Source of the DNA: Strigamia acuminata
Lineage: Eukaryota
Assembly: GCA_949358305.1 (NCBI GenBank)
Contig: OX442314.1
Location: forward strand, 11,594,001-11,658,000
DNA length: 64,000 nt
Reading direction: 5' to 3'
Position numbers and translations under genes: made by a program. Under the pieces are notes generated by a model. That model was not told the origin of the DNA. It ran no database searches and saw only the letters and a program-made list of their open reading frames with translations. This document shows positions 61,220 through 64,000 of this stretch, in pieces. Positions within the stretch are counted from its first letter, which is position 1. Each line of letters opens with the position of its first letter.

Positions 61220-62403
61220 TAATATTAACGTACAAAATCCACAGAAAGGATAAAGGTCCCGGATACCTAATTACAAGATGGCGACATAACACTAGGTGAG
61301 TATACGCGGAAAATTCTATTGAAAATCAATCACCACTCAACATGCATTGAATAACAAAACAAATTACTTGCCACAAATGTGCTCGCTTTTTTAATGTGTC
61401 ATTAGAGCCGAGGGAAAAAGCTTGACATGTACATTTTTATCTGATAAAAAAACAGTCAACAAGGTCACGCATTTTCACACCCCGATAGGCAACAACCTTG
61501 ACCACTGAAAACAAAAGTTTCACTTTTACAAACCCAAAAAAAAATAGAAATAGAAATAAAAATAAAAATATTATTTCCATTACATTTTCTGGGTGTTATT
61601 TAACGTTGGGGATTTGAGACGTGGTCCCGTTTGCCGAGGGTGCATCATTAGACACGTTCATCCACACAGACGTTGGGATTCAATAAAACCACATCGTTTG
61701 GTGCATTCAAGCAATCGAATCTCTCTCCTCTCTCTCTCTCTCTTCTCTCTCGGGTGTAATCACTCGTTCGATTCCAAAGAATCGTCCGCTCTTGTTAATA
61801 ATCCTCATTGATATTCATAGAAATGACGGTTTCAGGCTCCCCCCAACCGTCCACTGCTAATCCTACGCACGATTCCCTTCAATGACATTGGCAGTGTGAA
61901 TTTTATCAAATTATAACATCACAACTAAAACATCACTCACAAATAAGCGAGAAAAAGAAGTACAAAGCGAAAACTCCATAATGGCTTTTTAATCTGTAGG
62001 TATATAATTGCAATTTACGGATAATTTAGAACGTTCGATTTACTACAATGTGTCAGACTCTGTAAATTGCTTCAAAACGTGTATAAACGTCTGTAAAACT
62101 TATAAATATTCAATTTATCACCGAGATCTTGACGAGTTTGATTTTCACGCGCATTTACAAAAGTATATAAATGTAAAATGTCATATTCAGACTGGTTTAA
62201 AAAGTATAAACAAATTTAAATGACTTTATGAATGCGCCTACTAAACATTTAGACTTTAGACTGCTTGTCTCGATCTAAAACTTCAAAAATGGCGGTTGAT
62301 TTAGTCCGATTTCAGTCGCAGTGGGCGTGTGCACGTCATTTATAAACAAAAAAACGTTAAACACGGCTTTCTTGCCCTAATAAAATATATAAACTTTTTT
62401 CTT

Positions 62404-62437
62404 GTGCGCAGTGGAAGCATGCTGGGCCCATAACCCA
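62404..62437 (+). pseudogene. Fragment of initiator tRNA-Met (D-arm and anticodon arm only)
   Basis: gtgcgcagtggaagcatgctgggcccataaccca versus tRNA-iMet GTGGCGCAGCGGAAGCGTGCTGGGCCCATAACCCA. No T-arm or acceptor stem. Confidence 0.75.
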
Positions 62438-64000
62438 CGTTGGTACTAAATCATCAAATACTAAACACATTAGAATTTAATATAGGCCGTCATTAGAAAT
62501 ACATGAAAGCATATTGTTAACAATACATGTTATCATAGCAACACTACAATAGCATAACAATCAATTAATCTAAACTCATATTAATTGTCACATTCAAAAT
62601 ACAAGAAATTATGACGAAAACGTGAACACAAGACGTACAATTTAGCGAAATTATAATTCTCCGCAATTCAATTGATCAAATTTTGCATAAACAAATGAGA
62701 TATTACAAAGTTTCTCCTTCGGTGTTAGTTGAAATAAGTCAAATTAAAACTGCAGAGCGGATTGAACGCGCGCCTCTTTTAACCAACGAGCAGGTTTCTT
62801 ATTATTTTCCTATAATTAAGCAAGGCAATCAAGAAATTGACGCCTGCAGCCAATTTATCTTGTGCCTTAATGAGTTTCATTACCAACTGGACAGCACAGA
62901 GGGCTGGAAAAAAGTTATTAAACAACATTGTATGTGTGTCAGCATATATGCGAAATAAAAAAAAAGCTGATTCTTTTAAGTAATTTGGCCACCAACGTGC
63001 AATCACTTAGAATAATCGCAGAAAAAAATCAATCTATTCCCTTATACTTCAAAAAATGCAACGTTAATTTATAATTAATTATCTCAATCCAATTGAAATT
63101 CCAAAAATAATAGTTCCTCCGTAATTTAACGTTACCTGGTGCTAAAAAACACAACTAAACCACAAAAATTGCAAAATTGGACGAGAAATCAAGACAAATA
63201 TTTTCAAATGATTTAAAAATGGAAATAAAAATAGTTACGTACCGTATTGATAATAATAATAATTATTTTTTTTAAATATATATATTTTTAGATTGGAAAA
63301 TTGTTAATTTTGTGTATAGAGAAAGAGTATTTTAAAAAACGAAAAATGTGGATATACCTGAAACAGACAAACACATTAGATAAACAGGAGCAGATCGAGT
63401 CCGAACGCATTTTCAAAAGCCCTCTGGCAAAGCTGTGAGGGACGCTCGGAGGAAACGCGTCTGCATTTTAGCCGCATGCGCATTGGCAACACAATGGGAG
63501 AAATGCGGATGGGAACAACACGAAATGCGAAAAGCGCGACAGGGGAGATGAACGCCACTCAAGGTTGCCATGGTGATGACTGATGATTTGACAGGAATTT
63601 TTCGATTAATTGACAGTCCCATTCTCACTAAACACGTGACACGATAAATCAAAATGAATTAAAAAGTTCATTAATCATAAAAGCAAAAAAAAAAAAAAAA
63701 ATTAAATTAAAAAAAAATTTATTATCATTATTTTAAAAAAAAAAATTATAAATTTTATTTAAAAATTCTTCTAAAATTTATTTCTTAGAATAAAATTCAG
63801 TGTCACCCAGTTGAAGCCAAAAATCAATGCGTTGTTGACTCCTAATGTTTACACATCGCGTCGTAATCGTGACGTGAGTGACGGCAGCAGCGTGATCGTC
63901 AGGGGAAGCTGAAGAGAAGAGAGACGGTCGAGTTGGATCGCCAGAGAGTCCCATTTATCACCACACTTCCGCCCGGAATCACGAAACGAGACGTCATTTT

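Overview
Eukaryotic, AT-rich genomic DNA, probably from an arthropod (inferred from transposon content). There is one 200-N assembly gap. Two transposon-poor, apparently non-coding flanks (about 1-22.4 kb and 53.4-64 kb) enclose a ~31-kb island of nested mobile DNA. (1) Two intact, young Ty1/Copia elements (25451-31269 and 41366-48174) each carry a methyl-CpG-binding (MBD)-like domain between integrase and RT. (2) A palindromic DNA transposon (34422-50932; TAG...CTA ends, 9-bp TSD CGAACTATC, ~1.96-kb inverted arms) carries a spliced SGNH-hydrolase gene resembling the Oskar OSK domain and a truncated Ulp1-protease/PHD ORF. (3) A Mag-like Gypsy element is nested in that transposon and is itself hit by the second Copia and a pogo-like MITE. 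(4) A small four-coding-exon gene for a putative secreted Cys-containing peptide (33279-33725), whose spliced product the ORF track does not show, has a broken duplicate. (5) There are several MITEs, minisatellites and CTCF-like motif clusters at both island borders. All calls were made by eye; no searches were run.
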